From: Candidatus Omnitrophota bacterium
GTDB taxonomy: Bacteria > Omnitrophota > Gorgyraeia > Gorgyraeales > Gorgyraeaceae
DNA length: 64,000 nucleotides
Reading direction: 5' to 3'
NCBI GenBank assembly: GCA_043822665.1
Contig: JBDRBM010000034.1
Coordinates: 3,757 to 67,756, forward strand
Under the pieces are notes generated by a model. It did no database searches. It was not told the DNA's origin and saw only the letters and a list, made by a program, of their open reading frames with translations. Numbering within the stretch: the stretch's first letter is position 1; every line of letters begins with the position of its first letter. A program made the translations under genes and the position numbers. Shown one piece after another: positions 11,008-20,612 of this stretch.

Positions 11008-11994
11008 ATGGGTATCAGTTGGAAGACGTTTGAGATGCCTAAGAAACTAGAGTACGAGGAGAAAAACTATTCGACATTTTATGGAAAATTTATAGCAGAA
11101 CCTTTTGAAAGGGGATTTGGCGTTACCATAGGCAATTCATTAAGGCGAATCCTTATATCTTCAATAGAAGGGGCAGCTGTTACATCCATTAAAATAGATA
11201 GTGTGCTGCACGAATTTTCCACAATACCCGGTGTTCTTGAAGATGTCCCGCAGATAGTATTAAACATAAAACAACTTGTGTTAAGATCTAGCTCCAGGAC
11301 GCCAAAGATACTGCGTTTAAAGGCTTCAAAAAAAGGAGAGGTAACAGGAAAGGACATTAGAACAGATGATACTGTGGAGATTATAAACTCCGATCTTCAC
11401 ATAGCCACTCTGACAAAAGACACTAATCTTAGCATAGAACTCGAGATTGGCAAAGGCAGGGGATATGTGCCGGCAGAGAGGAATAAGAAAGAAGGTCAGT
11501 CCATAGGTGTTATCCCTGTGGATTCTATATTCGCGCCTGTGCGCAGGGTTAATTTTCACGTTGAAGATACCAGGGTTGGCCAGATTACAGATTACGATAA
11601 ACTGATATTGGAGATATGGACAAATGGCAGCGTGGAACCAAAAGAAGCGCTTTTGTACGCCTCACATATATTGAAGAACCATCTTGATGTATTCTCAAGG
11701 CTTGGCGAGGTAGAAGTTGAGGAAGAGGAGAAAGAAGAGACAGAGGCCGACAAGGAATTATTGGAAAAATTAAAATTGCCAGTTTCAGAACTTGAGCTTT
11801 CGGTGAGAAGCAGTAATTGCCTGAGAGAAGCCAATATAAAGGTCATAGGCGACCTGGTAAGGAAGACAGAACAGGATATGCTGCTATATAGAAATTTTGG
11901 AAAAAAATCTCTTAACGAAATAAAAGAAATGCTAAAAAATATGGGGTTATCTTTTGGTATGGAACTATCTAAGGAAGGAAAAGAAGAGAAATGA
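11008..11994 (+). CDS. rpoA: DNA-directed RNA polymerase alpha subunit
   Basis: NTD FIAEPFERGFGVTIGNSLRRILISS and CTD LELSVRSSNCLREANIKVIGDLV. Confidence 0.96.
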   Translation: MGISWKTFEMPKKLEYEEKNYSTFYGKFIAEPFERGFGVTIGNSLRRILISSIEGAAVTSIKIDSVLHEFSTIPGVLEDVPQIVLNIKQLVLRSSSRTPKILRLKASKKGEVTGKDIRTDDTVEIINSDLHIATLTKDTNLSIELEIGKGRGYVPAERNKKEGQSIGVIPVDSIFAPVRRVNFHVEDTRVGQITDYDKLILEIWTNGSVEPKEALLYASHILKNHLDVFSRLGEVEVEEEEKEETEADKELLEKLKLPVSELELSVRSSNCLREANIKVIGDLVRKTEQDMLLYRNFGKKSLNEIKEMLKNMGLSFGMELSKEGKEEK

Positions 11995-12560
11995 GGCACA
12001 AAAGACACGTCGTAAGGTTTGGTAGGCAGAGGAGTCATTATAAGGCTACTATGCGCCATCTGGTATCAGGCCTTATCATTAATAAAAGCATTTGCACTAC
12101 AAAGGTAAAGGCCAAGGAGACTTCCAGGCTTGCCGAAAAATTAGTCACTATAGCGAAAGAAAAAAATGTAAACAACCAAAGAAAGGCCTTTGATGTCTTA
12201 CGCAGCAAGGGCTTGGTTTCCATCCTGTTTAACGAGATCGCCCCGTTATTCAAAGAAAGAAACGGAGGCTATACCAGGGTTTTGCTGACCAGGAGAAGAC
12301 ATGGCGATAACGCGCAAATGGCAATACTCGAGTTTGTAGAAAAGCCAAAATCCGAAACCACCGAAAATAAAGAAAAGAAAAAAGCGGCTATTAAGCCTGT
12401 GCCGAAGGCAGAGCCTGCGCTAAGAGAGGGGCCTATCCAGAAGAAGGAAGAACAGAAAAGACCAATACAGCCGCCAAAGGCTCAGCCTGAGAAACCCAAA
12501 AGGCCTCAGCCAAAACCCGGATTTTTTAGAAAAATATTCGGACAGAAAAAAGGCATGTAA
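11991..12560 (+). CDS. rplQ: 50S ribosomal protein L17 with a long K/P/E-rich C-terminal extension
   Basis: MRHKRHVVRFGRQRSHYKATMRHL and an L17 core. The last ~70 aa are low complexity (KPKSETTENKEKKK...PKRPQPKPG). Confidence 0.93.
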   Translation: MRHKRHVVRFGRQRSHYKATMRHLVSGLIINKSICTTKVKAKETSRLAEKLVTIAKEKNVNNQRKAFDVLRSKGLVSILFNEIAPLFKERNGGYTRVLLTRRRHGDNAQMAILEFVEKPKSETTENKEKKKAAIKPVPKAEPALREGPIQKKEEQKRPIQPPKAQPEKPKRPQPKPGFFRKIFGQKKGM

Positions 12561-12788
12561 CATAACTTGATATAATAGGATTTTCCTTTTGTTGTACAAA
12601 CGCTTGTCATTGCGAGGCCGAAGGCCGAAGCGACCGAGGACGAAATGTCCGAGGAAGTGCCGAGCCCTCCGGGCGAGGCCAATCTCAAGAGATCCTTCAG
12701 TAGCTCCTATTTGTCGCTGCTTCAGGATAAATTCGCACTTATCACTTACGCTCCTTTCAGGAGCGTAAGTGATGTGCTTATTTAACTT
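12561..12788 (+). repeat. Intergenic structured repeat, long form (copy 2), with a 48-nt GC-rich insertion
   Basis: Collinear with 8781-8964. The extra segment 12632-12679 is inserted inside the GC hairpin. Starts 1 nt after the rplQ stop. Confidence 0.8.
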
Positions 12789-12883
12789 GTCGCATGGAAT
12801 ACAATGTTCGATGCTGGATGCCCGTAAAAGATAATCGAGCATCAAGAGAAGAAAGCTGATACACAGAAGCGAGAGATACAAAA

Positions 12884-14050
12884 ATGGAACTTTCTTCACG
12901 TGTAAAAAATGTATCCGCTTCATTGACGCTTGCTATAACGGCCAAGGCCAAGAAGATGAAACAGAACGGCATTGACGTTATAGATTTTGGTTCCGGTGAA
13001 CCAGATTTTGACACGCCGATTCAAATTAAAAACGCCGCCATAAAGGCCATAAAGAAAGGCCTGACAAAATATACACCCGCCTCAGGCACAGATGAATTAA
13101 AACAAGCTATTTGTAATAAACTTCAAAGAGATAACGATTTAAGTTACGCGCCTTCCCAGATAGTTGTTTCCTGCGGCGCAAAGCACTCCATCTATAATAT
13201 TATCCAGGTCATATGCGATAAGGGTGACGAGATTATAATGCCCTCGCCCTACTGGCTCAGCTATCCTGAAATGGTAAGACTGGCCGAAGGCATCCCGGTT
13301 TTTATTGATACAACTGAAAAAAACGGGTTTAAGGTGTCAATAGATAAATTATCCACAGCCATAACAAAAAAAACAAAGGCGCTTATATTAAACAGCCCCT
13401 CGAATCCGACAGGATGCGCCTATAGCCTTAGTGAACTAAAGGGCATAGCGGAAATAGCTGTCAAAAAAAATATCCTGGTTATAAGCGATGAGATCTATGA
13501 AAAGATTATATTCAACGGCAGGCAGCATATTTCAATAGCTTCTATAAATAAAGAGATCTTTAAAAATACAGTCATTGTTAATGGTGTTTCGAAAAGTTTT
13601 GCTATGACAGGCTGGCGCATAGGCTATATCGCATCCTGTAACGACGCGCTGGTTTCCGCAGTAAAAAACTTGCAGAGTCATTCTACGTCTAACCCCTCTT
13701 CTATAAGCCAGGCAGCTGCCCTTGAGGCTGTAATGGGAGGCGATTCAAGTATAAGGGGCATGGTAATGGAATTTGAGAAGAGAAGGGATTATATTGTAAA
13801 AAGGGTCAATGCTGTCAAAGGGTTAACCTGCTTTATGCCTGAGGGCGCGTTTTATGTTTTTTGTAAGATAGGCAAAAGAGGATTGACTGGGATTAGATTA
13901 AGCGAACTGCTTTTAGAAGAGGCCCGGGTCGCTGTTGTGCCTGGCGAACCCTTTGGTTCCGGGATGCATATTAGGCTCAGCTTTGCCACCAGCATGGATA
14001 ATATCCGCGAAGGGATGGATAGAATAGAGGAATGGTTTAGGAAACAATAA
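12884..14050 (+). CDS. Class-I PLP-dependent (aspartate-type) aminotransferase
   Basis: GSGEPDFDTP, LNSPSNPTG, and GVSKSFAMTGWRIGY (PLP lysine motif). 388 aa. Confidence 0.88.
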   Translation: MELSSRVKNVSASLTLAITAKAKKMKQNGIDVIDFGSGEPDFDTPIQIKNAAIKAIKKGLTKYTPASGTDELKQAICNKLQRDNDLSYAPSQIVVSCGAKHSIYNIIQVICDKGDEIIMPSPYWLSYPEMVRLAEGIPVFIDTTEKNGFKVSIDKLSTAITKKTKALILNSPSNPTGCAYSLSELKGIAEIAVKKNILVISDEIYEKIIFNGRQHISIASINKEIFKNTVIVNGVSKSFAMTGWRIGYIASCNDALVSAVKNLQSHSTSNPSSISQAAALEAVMGGDSSIRGMVMEFEKRRDYIVKRVNAVKGLTCFMPEGAFYVFCKIGKRGLTGIRLSELLLEEARVAVVPGEPFGSGMHIRLSFATSMDNIREGMDRIEEWFRKQ

Positions 14051-14088
14051 GCTTTCAGCAGGTGATAACCAAAAGACGAAGACTAAAG

Positions 14089-15381
14089 ATGCCAGGAAAG
14101 ACAATAACCGAAAAAATATTTAGCGCTCATTACGGCAAAGATGTCAAGGCCGGAGATGTAGTTGTATGTGATATAGATTTTTGCTTTGGCCAGGATGGGA
14201 CAAGTTCGCTTATAATAGATTCTTTTGATAAGCTGGAGGTTAAAAAGGTTTTTAATAAGAATAAATTCTGTATGGTGATAGACCATAGCGCGCCAAGTCC
14301 AAACATAGGTGTTTCAGGCGTGCACCAGAAGATGAGAAATTTTGCCCAAAAACACGGTGTTAGGATTTTTGATATTGGCTGTGGGGTGTGTCATCAGGTA
14401 ATACCCGAGTCTGGCCTGGTTTCCCCCGGCGATCTGGTTATTGGCGCGGATTCGCATACCTGCACTTATGGCGCGCTCGGAGCTTTCTCAACCGGCATGG
14501 GTTCAACTGACCTGGCAGTGGCCTTGGCCTCGGGAAAGAATTGGTTTAAGGTCCCTGAGACAATAAAGATTATTCTGAAAGGCAGGACAAAAAAAGGGGT
14601 TTATTCCAAGGACGTCATGCTCCATATCATTGGGGAGCTTGGCGCGGATTATGGCACATATAAGACGGTTGAATTTTCCGGAGAGTATATAAAAAGGCTT
14701 TGCATGGACGCGAGATTTACTATTGCTAACATGGCTATAGAGATGGGCGCAAAGGCCGGCATAATAGAGCCGGATAACATTACGCGAGAATATATCAAAA
14801 AAAGGAAGAACACAAAATCCGATGGCGTGTTTTATAAGAGCGATAAGAACGCGGTTTATTCCGAGGTCTTGGAGTATGACGCTGGCAATATCGAACCGCA
14901 GATCGCAAAACCGCATACCGTAGACAATGTCACGCCCATAAGAAAGATTAAAGGCGTAAGGATAGACGAGGCTTTTATAGGGACATGCACCAACGGAAGG
15001 ATTGAGGATTTAAAGATAGCGGCGTCTATATTAAAGGACAGGCGCGTGCATAGGTATGTCAAATTGATAATCGCGCCAGCATCCAGGTCGATTTTTGAAG
15101 AGGCTGTGAAAAAAGGATTTATCTCTACGTTTATCAAGGCGGGCTCATGCGTTGTTTCTCCTGGCTGCGGCCCGTGCGTTGGGACTCATAATGGAGTATT
15201 GGCAAAAGGAGAAAACGCTATTTCTACAGCCAATAGGAATTTTAAAGGCCGAATGGGCAATCCAGAGGCGTTTATATACTTAGCGTCACCTGCTACAGTC
15301 GCGGCATCAGCGATTGAAGGGAAGATAACAGATCCGAGAAAATATTTAAAAAGTAAGGGGGCAAAATGGACCTCAAAATGA
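14089..15381 (+). CDS. Aconitase-family dehydratase large subunit (LeuC/HacA type)
   Basis: ~430 aa. Fe-S ligand motifs IGTCTNGR and SPGCGPCVG; ends ASPATVAASAIEGKITDPR. ATG at 14089 is preferred over the upstream GTG. Substrate (isopropylmalate, homoaconitate or aconitate) cannot be read from sequence. Confidence 0.85.
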   Translation: MPGKTITEKIFSAHYGKDVKAGDVVVCDIDFCFGQDGTSSLIIDSFDKLEVKKVFNKNKFCMVIDHSAPSPNIGVSGVHQKMRNFAQKHGVRIFDIGCGVCHQVIPESGLVSPGDLVIGADSHTCTYGALGAFSTGMGSTDLAVALASGKNWFKVPETIKIILKGRTKKGVYSKDVMLHIIGELGADYGTYKTVEFSGEYIKRLCMDARFTIANMAIEMGAKAGIIEPDNITREYIKKRKNTKSDGVFYKSDKNAVYSEVLEYDAGNIEPQIAKPHTVDNVTPIRKIKGVRIDEAFIGTCTNGRIEDLKIAASILKDRRVHRYVKLIIAPASRSIFEEAVKKGFISTFIKAGSCVVSPGCGPCVGTHNGVLAKGENAISTANRNFKGRMGNPEAFIYLASPATVAASAIEGKITDPRKYLKSKGAKWTSK

Positions 15382-16418
15382 TTCTTAAAGTCGCGAGCGA
15401 GAAAAAGGCATCTGATTTGCACATAACTACTGACTCGGTGCCTATCGTGAGGATTGACGGCCGCCTTATACCTTTATCAGATTTCCCTGTGCTCAACAAA
15501 GATGACTGCAAGCGCTTGGTGTACAGCATATTAAACGATAAGCAGAAGGCTATTTTTGAAAGAGACCTAGAGCTCGATTTTTCATTAGAGATATCTGGCT
15601 TGAACAGGTTCAGGATAAACGCGCACATGCAGCGGGGCAGTGTAGAAGCCGCGTTTAGAATGGTGTCTCTGCGCATAAAAGAAATAAGTGAATTGGGCCT
15701 GCCGCCTATAGTGCCTGAATTGTGTCATAGGACACAGGGCCTTATTCTTATTACAGGTCCTACGGGCGTGGGAAAAACCACGACTCTGGCAGCCATGGTC
15801 AACCTTATAAATACCGAACGCCAGGCAATAATTATTGTAATAGAGGATCCTATCGAATATGTGCACAGCAATAAGCGCAGCATAATAAAACAAAGAGAAG
15901 TCTATTCGGATACCAGGTCTTTTGCCAATGCCTTGACGCATGCGCTAAGGCAGGATCCAAATATAATAGTAGTAGGCGAACTTAGGGATCTTGAGACAAT
16001 ATCCACTTGCCTTACTGCGGCAGAAACAGGCCACCTTGTTCTGGCAACATTGCATACACCTGATGCCTCACAGACAATAGACAGGATAATAGATGTCTTT
16101 CCGCCATATCAGCAGCAGCAGATCAAGATACAGCTTTCAGGAACGCTTCAGGCTGTTGTCTCGCAGCAACTTTTACCCAGGATAGACAGGCCTGGCAGGG
16201 TTCTCGCTACAGAGGTAATGATTGCTACGCCGGCTATCAAAAATCTTGTACGTGAACATGAGACAGAACAGCTTCTGACGCATATACAGACCGGCTTTCA
16301 GTACGGCATGCATACAATGGATAAGTCTCTAAAAAATTTGTATCAAAAAGGTATTATAAGCGAGGACACGTTCAAGAATTATATAAAAAACCCGGAAGAC
16401 ACAAAGGTTCTAAAATGA
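15366..16418 (+). CDS. pilT: Type IV pilus retraction ATPase PilT
   Basis: 350 aa. ASDLHITTDSVPIVRIDG, Walker A GPTGVGKTTTLAAM, IIVVGELRD and GHLVLATLHT. Overlaps the upstream gene by 16 nt and the downstream gene by 4 nt. Confidence 0.9.
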   Translation: MDLKMILKVASEKKASDLHITTDSVPIVRIDGRLIPLSDFPVLNKDDCKRLVYSILNDKQKAIFERDLELDFSLEISGLNRFRINAHMQRGSVEAAFRMVSLRIKEISELGLPPIVPELCHRTQGLILITGPTGVGKTTTLAAMVNLINTERQAIIIVIEDPIEYVHSNKRSIIKQREVYSDTRSFANALTHALRQDPNIIVVGELRDLETISTCLTAAETGHLVLATLHTPDASQTIDRIIDVFPPYQQQQIKIQLSGTLQAVVSQQLLPRIDRPGRVLATEVMIATPAIKNLVREHETEQLLTHIQTGFQYGMHTMDKSLKNLYQKGIISEDTFKNYIKNPEDTKVLK

Positions 16419-16912
16419 AGGGGATTGCATTTAAGTTTCAGGATGATATCAATACAGATCTTATAATCTCGGGCAGGTACAAGTTTTCAATAACTGACCC
16501 GAACGAACTGGCGAAACACGTGTTTGAGGACGCTGACCCTGATTTTTACAACAGGCTTCAAGGCAGACAGTTTTTTGTCGCGGCAGGCAAAAATTTTGGA
16601 TGCGGTTCATCGAGAGAACAGGCTCCGATAGCCATAAAATACGCAGGCTGCCATGCCGTACTGGCCAAGAGTTTTGCCAGGATATTTTACAGGAACGCGT
16701 TTAATCTTGGATTGCCGCTTATAGAATGTGATACTGATAAAATAGCAAATAATGACGTTATCCAGGTTGACCTTGAAAAAGGCTTAGTAAATGGCGTGGA
16801 CAAGGCTTATTCTTTGAGGATAAAGCCTTTCAATGAACTCCAAAAGACATTGATCAAAGAAGGCGGCCTTGTAAATCTGTATAAAAAATACGGCGGATTG
16901 AGAATAAAATAG
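16415..16912 (+). CDS. Aconitase-family dehydratase small subunit (LeuD/HacB type)
   Basis: 165 aa; swivel-domain motif AGKNFGCGSSREQAP. Confidence 0.86.
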   Translation: MKGIAFKFQDDINTDLIISGRYKFSITDPNELAKHVFEDADPDFYNRLQGRQFFVAAGKNFGCGSSREQAPIAIKYAGCHAVLAKSFARIFYRNAFNLGLPLIECDTDKIANNDVIQVDLEKGLVNGVDKAYSLRIKPFNELQKTLIKEGGLVNLYKKYGGLRIK

Positions 16913-16915
16913 AAT

Positions 16916-17035
16916 CATAACTTAACTTGATATAGTAGGAAATTCCTTTTTGTAGGCACACATTAGTAGGGGACCCTTAAGGGTCCCCTACTAATGTGCT
17001 TAACTTGCATTGTAAGTTTCGTCAAGTTAAGCATG
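16916..17035 (+). repeat. MITE-like intergenic repeat, short form (copy A)
   Basis: Ends CATAACTTAACTTGA ... TCAAGTTAAGCATG are inverted. Internal AGGAAATTCCT box and an 18-bp perfect hairpin (16959-16998, loop TTAA). The first 79 nt are near-identical to 21181-21259. Confidence 0.8.
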
Positions 17036-17069
17036 CTTATAGCATTTTTATAAATTTTGGAGGGTCAAA

Positions 17070-18170
17070 TTGGTTCATAAAGTGACAATAATACCGGGAG
17101 ACGGCATAGGCAAGGAAGTCAGCCTGGCTATGAGAAGGTGTGTGAATGCGACAGGTGTTAAGATTGACTGGGATGAGCAGATAGCTGGCGAAGACGCAAT
17201 GGCAAAGTTTGGTACGGTTTTACCGAGGACGGTGCTGGACTCTATTAGAAAAAATAAAGTTGCTATAAAAGGCCCGATAACTACTCCAGTAGGTAAAGGA
17301 TTTAGGTCTGTGAATGTCCAGTTAAGGATATTGCTTGATCTATACGCTTGTTTGAGGCCGTGCAAACTGTATGAGGGAGTGAAGACAAGATATGAAAACG
17401 TGGATCTTGTGGTAGTGAGAGAAAACACAGAAGATTTATACTCTGGTATTGAGTTTTCCGAAGGGCAAGCCAGGACAAAAGAGATAATAGAATATATTGA
17501 AAAAATGAGCGGTTCAGGCATTAGGTACGATTCCGCGATAGGTATAAAACCTATCTCTGTCACCGCTTCAAAAAGAGTTGTAAAATTTGCCTTTGATTTT
17601 GCGGTCAAAAACAACAGGAAGAAAGTAACCGCGGTGCACAAGGCAAATATAATGAAAGAGACAGACGGACTTTTTCTTAAGGTAGCAAGGGATGTCGCGC
17701 GGGAATATAGCGGCAGGGTTGAGTTCGAAGACAGGATAGTTGATAATATGTGCATGCAGCTGGTGCAAAAGCCGGAGCTATACGACGTATTAGTTCTGCC
17801 AAATTTATACGGGGATATATTGTCGGACTTGTGTTCAGGCCTGGTGGGTGGCCTTGGTATAGCGCCAGGCGCTAATATAGGGGATGATATGGCATTATTC
17901 GAGGCCATACATGGGAGCGCGCCTAAATACGCAGGCATGAATAAGGTTAATCCTACCGCCATGATTCTTTCAGGCGTTTTGATGTTAAGGCATCTTAGTG
18001 AAGTAGAGGCCGCTAACAGGCTTGAAAAAGCAGTTGCCCAGGTTATAAGAGAAGGCAAAGATGTTACTTATGACCTTAAACCTGACAGAAATGATCCATC
18101 AGCAGCAGAGACCAGCCAGATGGCAGATGCGATAATCGCGAGATTAAGGAAATCAATTTCCTCGGTCTAA
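17070..18170 (+). CDS. Isocitrate/isopropylmalate-family dehydrogenase, most like NAD(P) isocitrate dehydrogenase
   Basis: [42 protein letters not shown] resembles the ICDH motif (KGPLTTPVG.G.RS.NV.LR..LDLY.CLRP). TTG start after a GGAGGG SD. Confidence 0.82.
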   Translation: MVHKVTIIPGDGIGKEVSLAMRRCVNATGVKIDWDEQIAGEDAMAKFGTVLPRTVLDSIRKNKVAIKGPITTPVGKGFRSVNVQLRILLDLYACLRPCKLYEGVKTRYENVDLVVVRENTEDLYSGIEFSEGQARTKEIIEYIEKMSGSGIRYDSAIGIKPISVTASKRVVKFAFDFAVKNNRKKVTAVHKANIMKETDGLFLKVARDVAREYSGRVEFEDRIVDNMCMQLVQKPELYDVLVLPNLYGDILSDLCSGLVGGLGIAPGANIGDDMALFEAIHGSAPKYAGMNKVNPTAMILSGVLMLRHLSEVEAANRLEKAVAQVIREGKDVTYDLKPDRNDPSAAETSQMADAIIARLRKSISSV

Positions 18171-18331
18171 AGGCCGAGGTTTGTTGAAATTGATACTGAG
18201 CGGCCGCTGCCTACCCATACCCTAAAAGGGCGCGGTTTTGCAGCTGCGAATGTATAAATTTTTGTGTATTGGGCAATGAGTGTCGTATCAAGATAACCGA
18301 TCCCCGAAACCCATTCATGAGAGGGGCGACC

Positions 18332-19207
18332 ATGAAAGTTACTGTTATAGGAGCTGGAAACGTTGGCGCAATGGTAGCGGCGCGAGTTATAGACGCAGGC
18401 CTGGCTAGTGCGATCCTTTTGGATGTTGTGCCTGGGCTGGCAAAAGGCAAGGCACTTGATATCTCTGATTCAAGGCCTATAACCGGTTCTTTTTGTGATA
18501 TATCAGGTTCTGAAGATTTTCAAGACATGCAGGCCTCGGATATAGTGGTTGTTACAGCAGGCCTTGCCAGAAAACCCGGGATGTCCAGGGATGACCTCCT
18601 GAAAAAAAATTCCGAGATCATAAAAGACATATCCTGCAAGATTAAAAGATATTGCCCTGCCTCAATAGTTGTAGTAGTTACAAATCCTCTTGATGCAATG
18701 AGCTATCTTGCGATGAAGACAACCGGATTCCCGCCCGCAAAAGTTATAGGCATGGCAGGAGTTCTGGATTCGGCCAGGTTTATAAATATAACATCTTTAG
18801 GCGATTCAAATCACAGGATTTTTATGATGGGCAGCCACGGCGATACCATGGTGGCCATTAACAGGTCAGACGACCTCGACGATACAACTTTTAAAGAAGG
18901 AGCCGATAGGGCCATGCATCGCGGCGCGGAGATAGTAGCGTACCTAAAAACCGGAAGCGCTTATTTTGCGCCTTCCGCGGCTGTATTTTATATGCTCAAG
19001 GCCATCATTAAAAATGAAAAAAAGACCATGTGTTGCAGCGCGTATCTTAATGGAGAATACGGAGAAAGAGATGTATATGTTGGCGTTCCTGTTGTCTTGG
19101 GTTCTTCCGGCGTCGGTGAAATCGTGAAGATAGGCCTTACTGAAGAAGAGAAAAAGGCGTTTAAAAGGTCCATTAACGAGATCAGGAGCACAATAGATAA
19201 ACTTTAG
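18332..19207 (+). CDS. mdh: Malate dehydrogenase (LDH-like family)
   Basis: MKVTVIGAGNVGA, TAGLARKPGMSRDDL, GVLDSARF, GSHGD. ATG at 18332 is preferred over the track start 18269. The segment after GSHGD looks ~10 aa shorter than the MDHs I remember. Confidence 0.86.
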   Translation: MKVTVIGAGNVGAMVAARVIDAGLASAILLDVVPGLAKGKALDISDSRPITGSFCDISGSEDFQDMQASDIVVVTAGLARKPGMSRDDLLKKNSEIIKDISCKIKRYCPASIVVVVTNPLDAMSYLAMKTTGFPPAKVIGMAGVLDSARFINITSLGDSNHRIFMMGSHGDTMVAINRSDDLDDTTFKEGADRAMHRGAEIVAYLKTGSAYFAPSAAVFYMLKAIIKNEKKTMCCSAYLNGEYGERDVYVGVPVVLGSSGVGEIVKIGLTEEEKKAFKRSINEIRSTIDKL

Positions 19208-19213
19208 TTCCCT

Positions 19214-20602
19214 ATGACTAAATACGATCTTGCCATAATAGGTTCTGGGCCCTGCGGCTATGTGGCGGCTATAAGAGCCGCTCAGTCCGACATGAAGGTT
19301 TGTGTTTTTGAAAAAGATAAGATAGGCGGGGTCTGCCTGAATTGGGGCTGTATTCCCACAAAGACGCTTTCAGTATCGAGTCATATCTTGTACAATATCC
19401 AGCGCGCAGGCGAGTTCGGCGTAAATATAAAAGGTTATAGCATTGATTTTGCCAAGGTTAATGCCCGAAAAGACATGGTGATAAAAAAACTTGCGGCAGG
19501 CATAGAGATGCTTTTCAAGGTAAGAAAGATTGAGATAATCAAAGAAAAGGCGGAAATAAAAGATGCCGGCTCTATCCTCGCGGGCAGCCAGGAAATAGCA
19601 GCAAAAAACATACTCATAGCTACAGGCTCTATCCCGCTTGAAATACCAGATATGCCCTTTGACAGTTCTCGCGTATTATCCAGCACAGATATGTTATCTC
19701 TTGACGCTATACCTAAGAGCATACTTGTAGTGGGCGGCGGCGTGATAGGCTGCGAGTTCGCTTCTATATATGGAATTTTCGGCTCAGATATAACAATAGT
19801 TGAAATGATGGAACAGCTTTTGCCAGGAGAGGATGAAGAGGTAGCGGGAAAAATAAGGCAGGGATTCGAGAAAAGAGGTTTCAAGATCTTTACAAAAACA
19901 AAAGTCGAGAGCATAAGAAAAACAGACAATGGCATTAAGGCGGCGCTTTCCAATGGTTTATTCATTGACGCTGAAAAAGTTCTCGTATGCGTAGGCCGAA
20001 GGCCGAATTCAGAAGGGTTTGGCGTTAGAGAGCTGGGTATATGTCATGAAAGGGGTTGGATCAGGGTAGATAAAAATTTCAGGACCAATATAAAAGATAT
20101 ATATGCGGCAGGTGATGTAAAAGGGGGCGTCCTTCTCGCGCATGTCGCGTCAAAGGAAGGCATTTCCAGTGTTGAGTCCATGCTTGGGAAAGAAAGCGCC
20201 GTAGATTACAATGTTGTGCCGAACTGTATTTTTACACAGCCTGAAATAGCAAGTGTAGGCCTTGATGAGAAAAAGGCAAGGGCGCGGGGGTTTAATGTAT
20301 GCTCCAGGAAGTTTTTATTTTCAGCCATAGGCAAGGCGCAAGTCCTTGGCGAGACAGACGGGTTTATAAAACTGGTTGTAAATAACGATAACGACAGGAT
20401 AATAGGAGCCCAGATTATCGGGCCTCATGCAACAGAATTAATAGCAGAGGTTTTGCCTTGTATCCAGTTCGGCATTACATCCGAGAAGCTTGCAAGCGTA
20501 ATACACGCGCATCCGACCCTGTCTGAGATCCTGCAGGAAGTCTCGGAGGCTATTCACGATAGGGCAATACACTCAAGACCAGGTCTTGAGCGCAGTTGTT
20601 GA
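19214..20602 (+). CDS. lpdA: Dihydrolipoyl dehydrogenase
   Basis: IIGSGPCGYVAA, redox-active GGVCLNWGCIPTK, and C-terminal IHAHPTLSE. No E1/E2 genes are nearby. Confidence 0.9.
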   Translation: MTKYDLAIIGSGPCGYVAAIRAAQSDMKVCVFEKDKIGGVCLNWGCIPTKTLSVSSHILYNIQRAGEFGVNIKGYSIDFAKVNARKDMVIKKLAAGIEMLFKVRKIEIIKEKAEIKDAGSILAGSQEIAAKNILIATGSIPLEIPDMPFDSSRVLSSTDMLSLDAIPKSILVVGGGVIGCEFASIYGIFGSDITIVEMMEQLLPGEDEEVAGKIRQGFEKRGFKIFTKTKVESIRKTDNGIKAALSNGLFIDAEKVLVCVGRRPNSEGFGVRELGICHERGWIRVDKNFRTNIKDIYAAGDVKGGVLLAHVASKEGISSVESMLGKESAVDYNVVPNCIFTQPEIASVGLDEKKARARGFNVCSRKFLFSAIGKAQVLGETDGFIKLVVNNDNDRIIGAQIIGPHATELIAEVLPCIQFGITSEKLASVIHAHPTLSEILQEVSEAIHDRAIHSRPGLERSC

Positions 20603-20612
20603 GCATAGGCAT

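Noticed and set aside
12420-12923. 167-aa and nested 60-aa minus-strand ORFs across the rplQ tail and the intergenic repeat
   Set aside because: They run through hairpin repeats and antisense to rplQ. They have no SD and no motifs, and such repeats are known to generate spurious ORFs.
17075-18058. 327-aa ORF on the minus strand
   Set aside because: It lies entirely antisense to the well-supported isocitrate-DH-like gene. The translation is Ser/Leu/Thr/Pro-rich with no recognisable motifs, which is a typical shadow ORF.
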